DNA of 64,000 nucleotides from Lama guanicoe (taxonomy: Eukaryota): assembly GCA_013239625.1 (NCBI GenBank), contig MU053881.1:13282879-13346878 (forward strand), given 5' to 3'. The position numbers and the translations under genes were made by a program. This document shows, piece after piece, positions 14,181 through 27,860 of the stretch (its first letter is position 1; each line of letters starts with the position of its first letter). Below the pieces are notes generated by a model that was not told the origin of the DNA, made no database searches, and worked only from the letters and a program-made list of their open reading frames with translations.

Positions 14181-15639
14181 AAAATGAGGTTTTAAAAATA
14201 CTACTTGTTTATTTTTATTTCTTCACAAAACAGACTGAGGATACATCTTTCATACATTATGTATGACATTCAGACGCACTGTCAGGTACTCGGTAAGTCA
14301 ATAATGATGATATTTTATAAAATTTAATTGGGTTTGAACTATACTTGGCCTGACAGTCTGAGAATTTTAAGTGATACTTAATATAATAAAGTACATCTCT
14401 TTGTAGGGTCATCTAGCGACCTTGTTAAATATTTCCTCTAGCTTCTCCCAAATTTAAAAGGGAATTCTAGGTTCCACCTCCTTTCTGAATTAAACTTCAG
14501 AAAAAACATACAGAGTCAATAAATCCATAGATCTTTAAATATTTGAGTAACAATGTTGTATTCTCTCTGTTCAGCAGATTTAAAAAAAAATTGCCTCACA
14601 AGCAGCAGACCCTCAAAACATTTTTTGAATGAATTACAAAATGCATGAAGGACAAGTTGATGAGGTTATGGGTTGGCTTATGAATCATGCCTGTCATAAT
14701 GGGGATGCAAATTCAGCCAAGTTTAATATTTCATTTTCACTGAAAGTAATTCATTTTATTTTTCCCATTAAATTTCATCTTGCTTTTCTATTATATTTAA
14801 TTCTTTAAGCAGTCTTAAAGAGAAAAGAAAAACTGACAACAAATCAGTTGTAGACGTCTTATTGCTGAAATCAACCATGGTTCATTCATCTGACAGATTA
14901 TGTTGTTTTAACTGAGGATACTGTCTTCTTGAAGAGAAAGCCACTTCTCTAAAAGGCTCAGCAACCGAGACAGGGAATCTCTTTAATTTTCCCATTAGCT
15001 AAAACTAACGTCTGAACATGCTAAATCTAACCTTGTAATAACAAGAACAAAACGTACCTTAAAGAAATGATTAATTTACTATTAAAATGATTCATATTCC
15101 AATTAGTCTCTAGGAAGCCACCAGATCAGTTTGCTCGTTTAATCTGGTCAGGTGTGGTTTTATAAAACAAATAGAAAGTCTTCTCCTTTCGGACACACCT
15201 CTGGGAAATTCTATTCGATCATGATGAATGATTTCAGAACCCGTGATTAAGAAGCAGCATAATAAGACATAATTCTTATTGAGTATTTTCAATCACGCTT
15301 TTTGAAAATATTTTAGAAGAATTCCTTTATTCCTAGCAACAACCCTAAACAGCAAGTTATGTTACTACTGAATTGTTATAGATGAAGAAACTGATGCACA
15401 GGAAGGCTAAGAAATCACTCAGGAGTGACACAATTAATAAAGCAAAGTTAACAGGCAGTAGTATTGACACATGAAGACTGGCAGCCTGGCTTCAGAATGT
15501 TCAGAGCTGCTTCCTGCAGCTGTAAAATGCAGAAGCTGAAACATGGTCAGCATCGTGCTGGTCCTAGTAGTCTTGGAGCAGCTTTCCGACTGAGTTCCTC
15601 AGTTGCAAAACAGGGATATTATGTATTTCCTACTGCATA

Positions 15640-15820
15640 ATGCAGTGTTCGAGAGCAAAGATTCTGGAGTTAGACAGGGTTTGAAGCCAAGCTCTGCTAC
15701 TCACCAGCTGTATCACTTGAGCAAGTCATGGAGCGTGTTTGTGCTTTGGTATTCCCATAAATAACAAGCGAATAATAATATGCATATCTCATAGATATTT
15801 TGAGGATTAAATTAGTCCCC
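15640..15820 (+). mobile_element. MIR SINE (representative; other degenerate MIRs near 2230, 4300, 6640, 24580, 36140, 39870, 55620, 57770, 61370, 63300)
   Basis: ttctggagttagacagggtttgaagccaagctctgctactcaccagctgtatcacttgagcaagtca...tgaggattaaatt, the MIR core. Confidence 0.7.
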
Positions 15821-17129
15821 ACCACCACCACCCTGACCTTACTCTCTGGTTGTTTGACTTAGGAGTCTGGTAAATGTAAGCACTTTACATGTGCTTGTTA
15901 AATGTAATAAAAATGTAGGGATGAAATTAATTTCAATAAATAATGGCTGTGAAGCATCAAACAGAAATTAGAAAGTAGGCATTGTTGTCTTCAATGAAGA
16001 AATATGAGAGAATACACAATAGAGAATCTCTCTGTTTTCATGTCTCATCAATCTGATCCTTGGATTCTGTGCTTTATTCTAAATTAATTTTAGTTACCAT
16101 GAAATTCCAATTTTATTCTCAGTGCCTGGTCTTACTATTTGTTCCCCATATCTGTACAACTTCTTTTTCTGCTCTCTGTTACCATCATAATCATGGTCAT
16201 TAACATTATCATCCTGACATAGCTTGTAACTTAGTCCTCCATTTCTCTGGGAAGCCTTCTCTGGCTTGTTCAAGATCAGCAGGGTGGCCCTCACTCTGTT
16301 CCCACAGCACCCTATACTGACCCTGTCATAACACTTACCACCAGCCTATATTCCAATTAACTTCCTTGTTGCCTGTCTGTTGTTTATCCTCAACTAAGCG
16401 TATCTTATAAAATACTCCATTCCTCTAATACCTACCAGAGTTTCTGAGATGAAGCATTTTTTTTTCTATATACGTATTGAGTAAATTCAATCTTTCTCAG
16501 TTGACTGACAATAAGGTCTACATCAGTGGTTACCAAAAGATGGTGTGTAGAAATACTTTCTCACTCAGTGAAAATGCATACATAAACATGGTCAGTTTTT
16601 ATAAAAGTAAATTTAGATACTTTTTTTTTAAAGTACTACAATTATGCCATTCCCATTATTTCAATTAAAAAATTTTTAATGGAGTGGAAGTAAATAATAA
16701 ATGAATTGGTTTACTGTAGCCTTTTAGAAAATTTAAAAGCTGGCAACTTATGACTCCTACAATCTCTATTTTTTTAAATTTAGCTAATCCATAAGATCCA
16801 AAATTCTGGTGTAAAGGAAATGAGGCAGAGGAATATGGACATAAGAAGGTGATGCTGAAAATTATGATGGTGAAGAGGCTCTAAAAAGAGTATGTGGCGT
16901 CTTTTTTTTTTTTCATAATGTGGCTTAGAATTAGTGAAAACTTTATTGTGATAGTCATGAATTTTACACTGTTTATTGTAATCTAAGTGAATATTCTATT
17001 TGTTGTACCTGTCTCAGCACCTAGGTTTCATAAACAGGGAGTCACAGCGCGTCTGCATTTCCATAAGGCATCTGACAGAGCTCCAAGAAATACTGTTAGA
17101 CCAGGTATAGAAATATTTCATTTCTAATA

Positions 17130-17700
17130 ATGGAGAGGGGTGAAGTCATAGCCTATAAGAGATGGATATGTGTCAGCGTCAGCTTGGGGCATTACAGCAT
17201 TTTATTCGGCTCACGCACATTCAAAATTTTATTATCGACTTGGATGAGGACACTGATGGTCTGCCTATTTAATTCTGAGGGGGCAGGTATTGTAAAGAAA
17301 CGAAATGATCGACTGCAGATTCAGATACAAAAAAGTCCTTGAGAGGTTAAAATAATTGACTGTTTTAAGAAGAAATAAATACTAAACAACAATACAAATA
17401 TATGCTTGTTTGCCAAAAGGAAATTCGCAAGAACAATAAGTTAGTTAGTTACCCATTAAAATAAAGATAGAAGAGATGTAGGAATTTTAACTCATTGAGA
17501 GCTAATAGTAGAAAGTACCTAAAAATAGTTGTGATTTCCTTTTGTATTAATGAATTAAAAATAGGATCAGCACAAGGGAGAAAACAATTCCTTGCTTTTG
17601 ATTAGTGGGTTGATTACAAGATGGTTTGATAAAGGCAGTATATCTAGAGCGGAGCTACGAAATGTTGAAAAGAAATCAGCCAGAAAGAAGATTTGGAAAA
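17130..17700 (+). mobile_element. CR1/L3-like LINE remnant
   Basis: cattcaaaatttttattatcgacttggatgagg...cagattcagatacaaaaa, resembling CR1 RT 3' sequence. Confidence 0.4.
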
Positions 17701-17770
17701 AAAATTTGTTTATCTTCAAATATTTTTTTAATTATTTATTTAACTTTTTCATTTTGGGGAGCAAGTGTGT

Positions 17771-17773
<3 letters not shown>

Positions 17774-17807
<34 letters not shown>
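17774..17807. repeat. (TG)n microsatellite
   Basis: About 17 uninterrupted TG units. Confidence 0.95.
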
Positions 17808-17813
<6 letters not shown>

Positions 17814-18939
17814 TTATATGTTGTCCAAACCTACAGATTCTAGAAAGGTATTCATGAAGAAAAATGCTTTTCATTTACTTAGAAAATTTTTCAGATTAGG
17901 TAATTTCAAAGTAAATGATTGTAGAGCCAGTCTATTATAAACAGAGGAGGTAATAATAAAGTCATTTTCCTTCAGGTAAAGGTTAAAAGTAATAGTATTT
18001 TACTTCCTCCCAAACAACTGTTGGGAAACGCAATTACTGTGCAAACTTATTTCAATACTGTGAGCTGTGAAATATGCATCCATTGTAATAAACTCGGATT
18101 TGATTTTTGCAGATAAGTACTGTCCTAGGTGAAGGTGTGAGCCATATGAAGAGGATAATACATAAGATTTGAATACGTTTTATACATTTCTGCCTCTGAA
18201 AACGCATCTTATTTATGACAACAGAAGAGAGCAGATAATCTATTATTGCATTGCATTGAGAAAGTGCCTTTATAAAATATATTTGGTTCGTGTTAACCAG
18301 ATATTCCATCTCGGTGCTGAAGAAGAAGGAATGGAGTCTAATATGCTACTCTAGCGCTTTCTTTCCCCAAATATTTCTCTTCCATCTTGTTCCCACTTAC
18401 TGCAATAGGTCTACAGGGTGAAACAAGCATACTGGTAAACGTGGACTTCCTGTAGAAGAGGAATCCTCTTTAACATGAATAAATGGACTTTATTTCTCTC
18501 TTTTTTACTACTTTTCTTTTATTATGGATGTCACACCTCATTGGTCCAGCCTACGGATAATGTGTCATCATGATAAATGCCACCCAATTCTATGAGACTA
18601 TAGTCTAGTGAAATGAGGGTTCCATTATGAGCTGTAGCTTACTTCTGATTTTAACACAGATTGGTTGAGTGACCTTGAGTAAATTGGGTCATGTCAGCAT
18701 ACTGCATCTCTTGGCTGCATTCTTGCTTGCTTTATATATAAAATGAATGTGTTGCATACGGTAGCCTTTCAATATGAATAATCAAAGTTATTAGTAAGAT
18801 AGTTACAATACTGCACTATTTTATAACTAACATTGCTAGCTTCCTATCGTCTTCTCAATAGCTAGTTTCCTTACCAAGACTGAAGGAAGGCTTTTCTATC
18901 TGTATGTTGTATAACTTTCCTTAAAATATTTTAAATCTT

Positions 18940-19155
18940 ATTTTTCTTTAGTAAGGTATAATTGACAAATAAAATGTAAGATGTTGAAAGTACATCATGT
19001 AATGATTTGAAGTAGGTGTGCATTGTGAAATCACTCCCCTCTACTAAGTTAATTAACATATCCATCATTCCACACATTTACTTTTTTGTTTGTTTCTGTC
19101 TGAACATTTAGTTCTACTCTCTTGGCAAATTATAATTATATAAAACAGTGTTGTG
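18940..19155 (-). mobile_element. L1 (L1MA-like) 3' terminus
   Basis: gtataattgacaaataaaatgt...aagttaattaacatatccatc...ctactctcttggcaaatt. Confidence 0.7.
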
Positions 19156-19339
19156 TATGTTGTATATCTTTTATTGATTTTGGTAGAAGTTATTTGGGAA
19201 GTTCAGCTTAGAAAGTGGTTCTGAACAGGACTAGACCCATAAATTTTGCTATTTAGATATTATAGCTCCCCAAAGGACTTAAGCATAAGTGGTTGTTTTT
19301 AGTTGAATATTCTCTCTATATAATGAATAACTTACTTAC

Positions 19340-19930
19340 TTTTTATATGGATAAAAAATTAAAAGGTACAATAGTGTATAAAATAAAAAAATTCTTCCAC
19401 CTCACTACCAATTTCTTTGTCTAGAGAAATATTTTTTACCATTTTTACCATCTATTAATATATAATACCTCTACAGGTATGATTGTATTTCTTTAATTTT
19501 AGTGGTATTCAACCCTACCTGCTCATATAGTTTGCTTATCAATTAATAATATATCTTGAGATTATCTCACATCAAGGTCATGCATGTATACTTTATTCTT
19601 TTAAGGACTGCATATTGTTTAATTGTAAAAATGTACCATAATTTATTTACTCAGTTCCATAATAATGTATCATAACTTATTTACTCAATTCCACATTCAG
19701 ATTTTTGCAATATTTTGTGATTGCAAACTATGATGCAAAGAATATTCTTTTGTGTATGTGCAATATACATAATTTTAGGAAAAATATCTGAAAGTGGGAT
19801 TGCTAGTTCAATATGTGCATGTTAAATTGTAAAAAAAGTTGCAAATTGTTCTTCAAAACTTACATGGATTCATCTTCCATCAGCAATGCTTAAAAATACC
19901 AATTCCTCTTACTTGCTACTCTCATCAGTG
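19340..19930 (-). mobile_element. Ancient L1 (L1ME-like) 3' fragment
   Basis: Degenerate antisense L1 motifs (gactgcatattgtttaattgt, aagtgggattgctag, ccatcagcaatg). Confidence 0.55.
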
Positions 19931-21351
19931 AATGTTGAATATACCAATTCAAGACATACGATTTAAAATTTTTTAATTTATTTACCATCCCTTAGTGTAC
20001 TCTAAAAAATAAATGTTGCTTGAAAAATAAATGTAAAAAAAATCCAAAAAAAGATTAAAATAGCTTATGACTTTCTTTCAGTTATGTATATTTTCTAATT
20101 ATATATTATAATATTAAAAGTTGTGATAAAAATGAAGAAATAAAAATCATTTTGAGGCCTTTGGTTTTTGAATCTGATCACATTCTGTTAAAATGAAAAT
20201 TTAAGGACAGTAGTTATCATTTCAACATTTTGAAAAGCAATGTAACCGGGCTTCTCATGCTGAAATTTTAAATGTGATGTAAAAGTCATTGTTACTAAAA
20301 TAATTCATTTTAGATGATTGGATTTTCATCATGTACAAGAAAAAGTTTCCGGGAGAAAGATGAATACGTCCTGAGCCTAGCAACCCTACAGAATGACATT
20401 TGATTATGTTTCTTGGTCTTTTTATATATTCATGTAAGAATCTCCAGCCTTTCAACATTTGGTAGAAATGATATTGTGCCCTGACGAAGACCAAAGTAGG
20501 AAAAATAAATTGTTTAGTGCGTTCCCCTTTTCATTCCCTTATTTGTTTATTTTTTAGCTATTCCTTTATCAAATTAGTTGTTAGTTTCAATATTGTTTCA
20601 ACAGCCAGGACAAAGGCCCCCAACTGTAATTCTGAAATCTTAATATATTTTAGAGCTACCGAACAAAAGGATTATGATGACTCCACGTGCACAGAAGATG
20701 AAAAGCTGTAAATCAAGAGTTTGACAGTAATAATTTAAATTTTATCTCAGCCTCTGACTTCATATGCAGCTTTTGCCAATCCATTTAACATTCAGAATCT
20801 CTGTCTTCTTATTTGTAAAATCAGTGTGTGGAGGATTAAATGAGATAACAAAGCAATTGGCACAGTTCTTATTAAATATTTACCACTTTTGACCCATTTT
20901 TCAGATAAGGAAATGAAGGCTCAGAAATATAAAGATGAATTCATTGACAGTAAGTCAAGAAGTCTAATTACAGTTGGCAGGGAAATCCAGTTGTAATTTT
21001 TTTTTTTAAAGATTAGAAGTAATACCTGAAACTAGAGTTAGAAATAATTTTGAAATCAGGTTTTAGTCCCAAAAGGACCCTACCTGCTAATTTTTATTTT
21101 CTGGTCCCAAGTGCTTGCTCATTATACTATCTAATATATAATAAGAAAAATATACTTAACAATTTGAAATTGTAGAAAGGGGAAACCTTTGGTAAGACAA
21201 TATGCCATTTTTCTTCAGAAACTCTAAAATAAATCAATTAAAAAGGAGAAAAACTGGTAATTTCCTAAGAATAAAACAAAATAATGTGAGAGATGTTAGA
21301 AACTTATAGAAAGTCTAGAACTTAGAGTCAGATTTAGCTGCAAGCCAGTGA

Positions 21352-21760
21352 TGGACAATACTGCGTGGTATCACTTATATGTGCAATCTAAAACAGCCAA
21401 ATTTGTAGAAACAGAGAGTAGAATGGTAATTACTGTGGGTTGGGGAGTCGGGGAAATGGGGAGATGTTGGTCAAAGAATAAAAACTTCCAGTTAGAAGAT
21501 GAATAAATTCTGGGGACTCTAATGCACAGCATTGTGATCATAGTTAACAGTACTGTATGATATCCTTGAAACCTGCTAGGAGAGTGGACCTCAAGTGTTC
21601 TCTCCACAAAAAAAGAAAGGTAGTCATGAGATATGATGAAAATATTAACGAGCACTACAGTGGTAATCATATTGCAATAGATAAAGGCATTAAATCAATA
21701 TACTGCATACCTTAAACTTATACAATGTTGTGTATCAATTATATCTCAGTAAACTTGGGG
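21352..21760 (+). mobile_element. L1 (L1MA9/10-like) 3' end
   Basis: tatcacttatatgtgcaatctaaaa...gaataaattctggggactctaatgcacagcat...tatcaattatatctcagtaaa. Confidence 0.8.
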
Positions 21761-24700
21761 TGGGAAATGACAAGAGAAAAAAAATTCTTCAGATTTTCAA
21801 AACTTGACAGAATAAAAAATAAATTTCCAATGAAATGGATTTACTACAGATTTCACAAGGCATACAAAAGGCACCAAGCACAATGCATGATAAATGGCCC
21901 TCAGTACATGGTAGTGACCATCATTAACCCTATACAACACTAAAGGGAGGAACTTGCATAAGTACAATCTCAGCGGTACAACCTGTACAAGGCTGGCAAT
22001 TTAATTGTGCCAATACATCCTTTGGGTTTCTGAAAACAAGTATGAGTGTTAGACAGTTACATATACGCTTTTGCATATTGGATATTTATCATTTTTGTTA
22101 TGAGCATTCATTCTCCCTTTTTTGGCAGGGGGTGTTTGGGTGGGTCTGAGCCCACCTTTAGCTTTAACGTACCATATAAGTCAGTCCAGGGCAATGAGAG
22201 CACAATATTCTCTGTCCATAGTTATTTGTCTCAAGATAGACACATGCCCAAACAAAGCTAATTCTTGTCTATACGTACAAGGGTTTTTCAAGAGAGAGAC
22301 ATTCTTCTACCCATAGTCTAAAACCTCTAAATGTAGATACAGTCCCACAGGCAAATGTCTCACCTTCATGGGGAGGCTGAGAGCAAAGCCAACTTGTCTG
22401 AGTATCTGAATCCAGTATGTGAAAAATAAATTCTCCTCCTTTGGATTTGCTTAAGTTGATTATCCTCTCTGCTTTCCTAAATTTTTTAATGTTTTTCTTT
22501 TTCCATGTCTAGTTCAGATTTTAACAGCTCTCTTTATTCGACTCCTTATTTGAATTCTGGGAGTACATATGGCCAAGATAACCCACATTTCTGGCACTTC
22601 TTCCTAGTGTACCTTGGATTACTGAAGCTTAATTTTTCTTGTGCCTGTATCTTCCCATTACCCTCCATGCTCCTCATCGCTCACAAATGTACATACACAT
22701 ACACACAATCCACACACACAGACACACATCTTGATTAAAAACTCAAACCAGTATGTGGAATGTACTTGCACACATTTTATTCCCCACAGGGCTAACACAT
22801 GTTACCTCTTTCCTGACCAGATGCTTAGAAAACACTAATTGATTTACGTGTATTTCTCAAAACTGATTCAAAATACCAAAAAAAAAAAAAATCAAAATGA
22901 TGAGTGTAATCCTATTGTGATCACTGATATATTCAAAAGTCTACATGGCTTTATAAAAGGGAATATGTTCTGATATTAAGACTATCTTGACTTGAAGGAA
23001 TGAGAGTATGTCATTAAATACTATTCCAAATACGATATCCATGCAGAGAGAGAGACACCTTGGGCAAATACATATGTACAGGCGCCAAAGATAATTAGGA
23101 AATATTCTCTGCAATGTATCTGGGGCCAGGGAGAAAATTTGGAGGCTGAAACCTTCTTTGGAATTATGCTACTGTTGTAAATATCAAAGCAACTACCTTA
23201 CTGCTATAACTATATTTAATACTTTGAAACATTAAGTGATTTTTAGATTGAGACTTTGGAATCAATAAACATGCAAAATGAAGAGGTTGAGGATGCCATA
23301 TAAACACTTTTGTTAGCTAATATATGTGTTGTCATCCCATGAAAATCAAGTTAAGGATAAAAATATTGTAATATTAAATGTATTTAGGCTTAAATGCACT
23401 ATGTCTACTAGCTATTTGGAAAGACATTAGCTGGAAAAGAAGTATTCAACTTTCTGTTACTTTATTTCCCCCCTTCTTTGACCTTCTTCCCAGTAAGAGT
23501 TAAGCACTGATTGATAGCACTGATCATAGTTGTTCCTTTAAAGATATATTTGAATTTGTGCACATCGTTGATGCCTTTTATAGCTGTCCAATTTTAAAGG
23601 TTGCATTTGGGGATAACCCTGAAAACTGAACGTCATTTTTAGATGATACTCTGCTGCTTCTTCCCTTGAACAATCCTAAAAACAAACCAATTGGGTGCTA
23701 AATAGCTATTTCTACTTCATCATATTTTCATGAAAAATACATGTGATTTAACATAAATTGCTGATAAAGTATTTTAATGTTATGTCTTTGCATGGGAAGA
23801 CCAAATACTGCAAAAACTCAGATTTTTCTTGTTACATTGGTTTAATGCTTTGTAGTCTGCCACTTCCTTTTTTTCCACTTTATTTTAGATTATGCAGTAA
23901 TAATTCCTGAATGATTTACATCTCCTGCATTTGGAAATCTTTAAAATGTTATTTTTCAATGTTTCTAATCTAAACTTAAATATATCATCCTTTTTTGATT
24001 GAGGTTATTCTTTAGTGTGAATCTGAGTAACCATGAGAATGATTAAGTTTAATTAGATTGAGTTACCACAGAGAATGTGTAACAACAAACAGATAAACAG
24101 GAATATATTCAGCACTTCAAATATATGATGGGTATCCTGTGCACACATCTTGATCACATATTGTTTATTCTTCATGCATATGAGTCACAGTATGAACACG
24201 CATGAAATTTTGCCCATCAATTAATTGTCTTATTGTGGTGCAGAAAGTAATGTATCAGCATATTGGAGGTTATAGTTTATTCCATTACCACTACTCTCTT
24301 TTAGAAAACATTCTTCTGTACCGTCTTAAATGGAGTTAATTAGTTATTAACACATTTTGAAAGCTTACAAAATATATTACAAATATTACTGTACCTTTAT
24401 ACAAATAATTCAGTATTTGCATGGCTATTCTATGTGCCTTTTATAAGATGTGACTTTACATTTTCTATTTCATCCTAACCCCTCACTTGCTTTACTCTTA
24501 AGTCTCTAGCTGAAAGCCAATTCAAAGGGAGGGCACTGTATGGATTCAGTAACTAACATTAATTCTATTAAAGACAATGATAACAGTAATAACTCTACAT
24601 TTATTACGTGATGCACCACACGCCAAGCAGAGTGCTAAGTAGTTTTATGAGTCATCATCTCGCTTCACACAGCAACACAAAGGGCAGGGTAAGATTATTC

Positions 24701-27419
24701 CCCCAATTTAAAACGAGGAAATGTTTAACCGTAAGGATTTAGTAACTTGAAAAAGATCCTACCATTAATACATGACTGGGCCGGGCTTGAGCTCAGGTGC
24801 GTCATGGGACTTGAATGGTTACAACGTATGGAACCACTGAATGGAAGAAAACGATCAGAAGTATGAGGGAGCTTTTGTTTGTAACAAATTATGAGAATGT
24901 GAGCAGAGGGGAGCACACAGAGGTTCTACAACATTTCTTTCTTAAGCTATAAAGGCTTCTTCTATTTTTTTTAAGATGAAAACAATTATGGTATTTTAAA
25001 TAAAAATCTCCCAGTCTAGAATAAATAAGATTAGAGGTGAAATATATTAGCTGTATAATGTCATTATTTTAAGCTATTTATAATTTTAATGAATATTAGA
25101 GATCAAATGAAATGTATAGCATGATGTTTTTAACCCAGTGTGAGTGGGAAACAAGTAATATATGAAATTTTGACCCCACCATTTTGTTTCTGCTCTTCGG
25201 AACCAGAACCTTTTAACTCTCAGTTAGTTAGAGAATATTTTAACCATATTATACCAACACAGATGGATTTTTATCAAAAGGTGTTTTCTGATATCATTCC
25301 AATTAAACAAATGTAATTTTTTGACCAATACGATGAACACGACAGTTCAGGGATGATTGTAAAGAAGAACAGCTATTTTCTAACATGTTTTACAATGAAG
25401 ATTGGCTTCATTTATTGAATTGTTTATTTTGAATCTTGTTGATGGTAGCTTCTGCGGTTTTGTTTCTTTTCAGTTCATTGTATTCTATTTTCCAGAAATG
25501 AAATTAGGAAGACAGTAGTCTCATAAGAAAGCAAAACACAGGAAGACAATTTTTTGGTATATAAGTTTTGTCAGTAAAAACTGATTCTTGCAACAATTTT
25601 AAGCAATAAAAAATTTACCAAGCAGTTTTAGAAACTGTTAAGCTTTAGTCCCTGCTGATTGTGTCTACAAAGTCAATTTTTCACTGGGTCCATTAGTATA
25701 ACTTTTAAATGGTACGGACACTAATTTTTTTAATCACTGTCAGATTTTACTACTCTATATTTTATTTCAGGTTGATGTTCTTACATAGCGATGTGGCTTA
25801 TGAACTGAATAAAAGATTTATGATTGGTATTTATTCCCTAGCTAATGCATAAGCATTTAGAGCAAATTATCTCATGTATTTCATCACTGAACTATGATTC
25901 AAGATGGACAGATATTATCATTGCAATAGCTTTTCTGTATATTTTTGAGCACTTTGAATCTGTACTTGAAACCTCCATGCTGTTTTCCAAACAAAAAGCA
26001 AATAAGTGATGAGATGAAGATGCCTTGTGAATACACATGCTCTTATGACCAAATTAATGTAGCCAGAAAGGCAAAGTGAAAACCTGGCTTTACTGGAAAA
26101 ATACATGCCAGTTTGTTCAACAGGATGCACCTTGATCTGAGTGGTGCTAGTGTGGGTCATTCTGTTTTCTTCTTTTTGATAATTTGTCTTTCCATATTTT
26201 CTGTAATAAATATGTATTATTTTTGAAATAAAAAAAGAAATGCAGCAAAATAAAACAAGTAAACCAAGCAGAGACAAATGACATATGGACTTAGAAAGGC
26301 CTTCTGGGTGTTTTGTAAACGGCAGTCAATACATCAGAATTGCAGAGGCAGATTCAGGTTTTGAAAAAAATCAGTAGCTATAGTATGCACAAAGTCCTTG
26401 GAAATGGACCATTCTGGAGGCAAGGAGCCCAGTTAAGGAGGCTATCTTGGCCTTGTGGGTGAGGAATGATGACTCCTTGAACTGAACAGGGTGTGCAGAT
26501 GGTGAAAAGTTAGCAGACTAACAAAGAGTTATAGCAGGAGAAAGATATAACCCCGTAGAAATAAGAAATAAGAAATGTCCAAATGGAATGGGTTTCAGCC
26601 CCAGGCTCTCAACTGGCTCTCAATGTCAAGAAATAAACAAACAAGAAACACCAAAACGAAACAAAAATAAGGAGCAATAAATGGTGATGTGTTAAGAATC
26701 CCACAGAAAAGCGTTCTTTGTGTCTCTCTGGATATTTTCATTCAAGCATGTGGATTTCTCTAGAGAAAAGCTATCCAATCTGCTACTTGGAGTGGGCTGG
26801 AAATAGGGATTGAGGCTGCCACTTCACACCCGGGTGCCAGGCTTTTGGGAAATAAACAGAAGAGGATGAGGGTGTCTCAAGGTACCATATTTTTATTTCT
26901 GTGTAACCTGTAAGAACGGCTTGGTAGGTTTCCCTAGAAAGATGGAGAATTCCCTGGCTTCTCTCCCCAACTGTCACTAATTCCACTACCTGATTAGGGA
27001 GCATATCACAGGGAACTGGCTATGCTCAGCATCCCCCCTTCTTCTCTGTCTTTTTGGAAGCCAGCCTGACCACAAGCAACCTCAGTTTCTCTGGGCCATA
27101 AATTTTACAGTGGGGAAGTCTCCAGGGGAATCCTAGCGCGCCACAGTTGTGATTTTGATAGACTATGTAAGTCAGTGTAATTCTTCAAAGAAAAATTAGC
27201 AAGCCAGTTGGAGCTTACCAGATTCAATTCAGGCAGAGAATGAATCTGCTGCTTGCCATCGGGTTGGAGATGTGGCTTCTAGCTGCATGCAGATGTCAGG
27301 GAGGGAGGGGAAGGAGGGTGTGGGTAATGAGATCTAGGGGGATGTCTAAAGCTTCTTAAATAGATTTCCAAAGCAACCACTCACTTGTTCTCTATACCTG
27401 TGTCTGTTTGTTTTCTTAC

Positions 27420-27860
27420 ATATATTTGTTTTATTTTTTTAGATTCCACGTATAATAGAGTCTTTCTCTGTCTGACTTACTTAACTTAGTATTACATTCT
27501 CTAGCTCCATCCACATTATTGCAAATGGCAGAATTTCCTTGTTTGCTATGGCGGAGTAATAGTCCATTGTGTGTACATATGTCACATCTTCTTTATCCAT
27601 TCATCTATTGATGGGCACTTGGGTTGTTTCCATATCTTGGCTATTGTAAATAATGTTGCTATGAACACTGAGGTGCATGTATCTTTCTGAAATTAGTGTT
27701 TTCAGTTTCTTTGGATACATTTCCAGCAGTGGAATTGCTGGATCATATGGTAGTTGTATCTTTATTTTTTTGAGGGCGCTCTATGCTGTTTTCCATAGTG
27801 GCTGCACCGATTTACAATCCCACCAACAGTGTAAAAGTTCCCTTTTTTCCCACATCCTCA
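27420..27860 (-). mobile_element. L1 3' UTR and ORF2 C-terminus (left part of an interrupted L1)
   Basis: Encodes the L1 ORF2 C-terminal remnant WEKRELLHCWWDCKSVQPLWK; typical antisense L1 3' UTR sequence. Confidence 0.9.

Noticed and set aside
18313..18321. RE1 left half-site (TTCAGCACC on the minus strand)
   Set aside because: No GGACAG right half at a suitable spacing.
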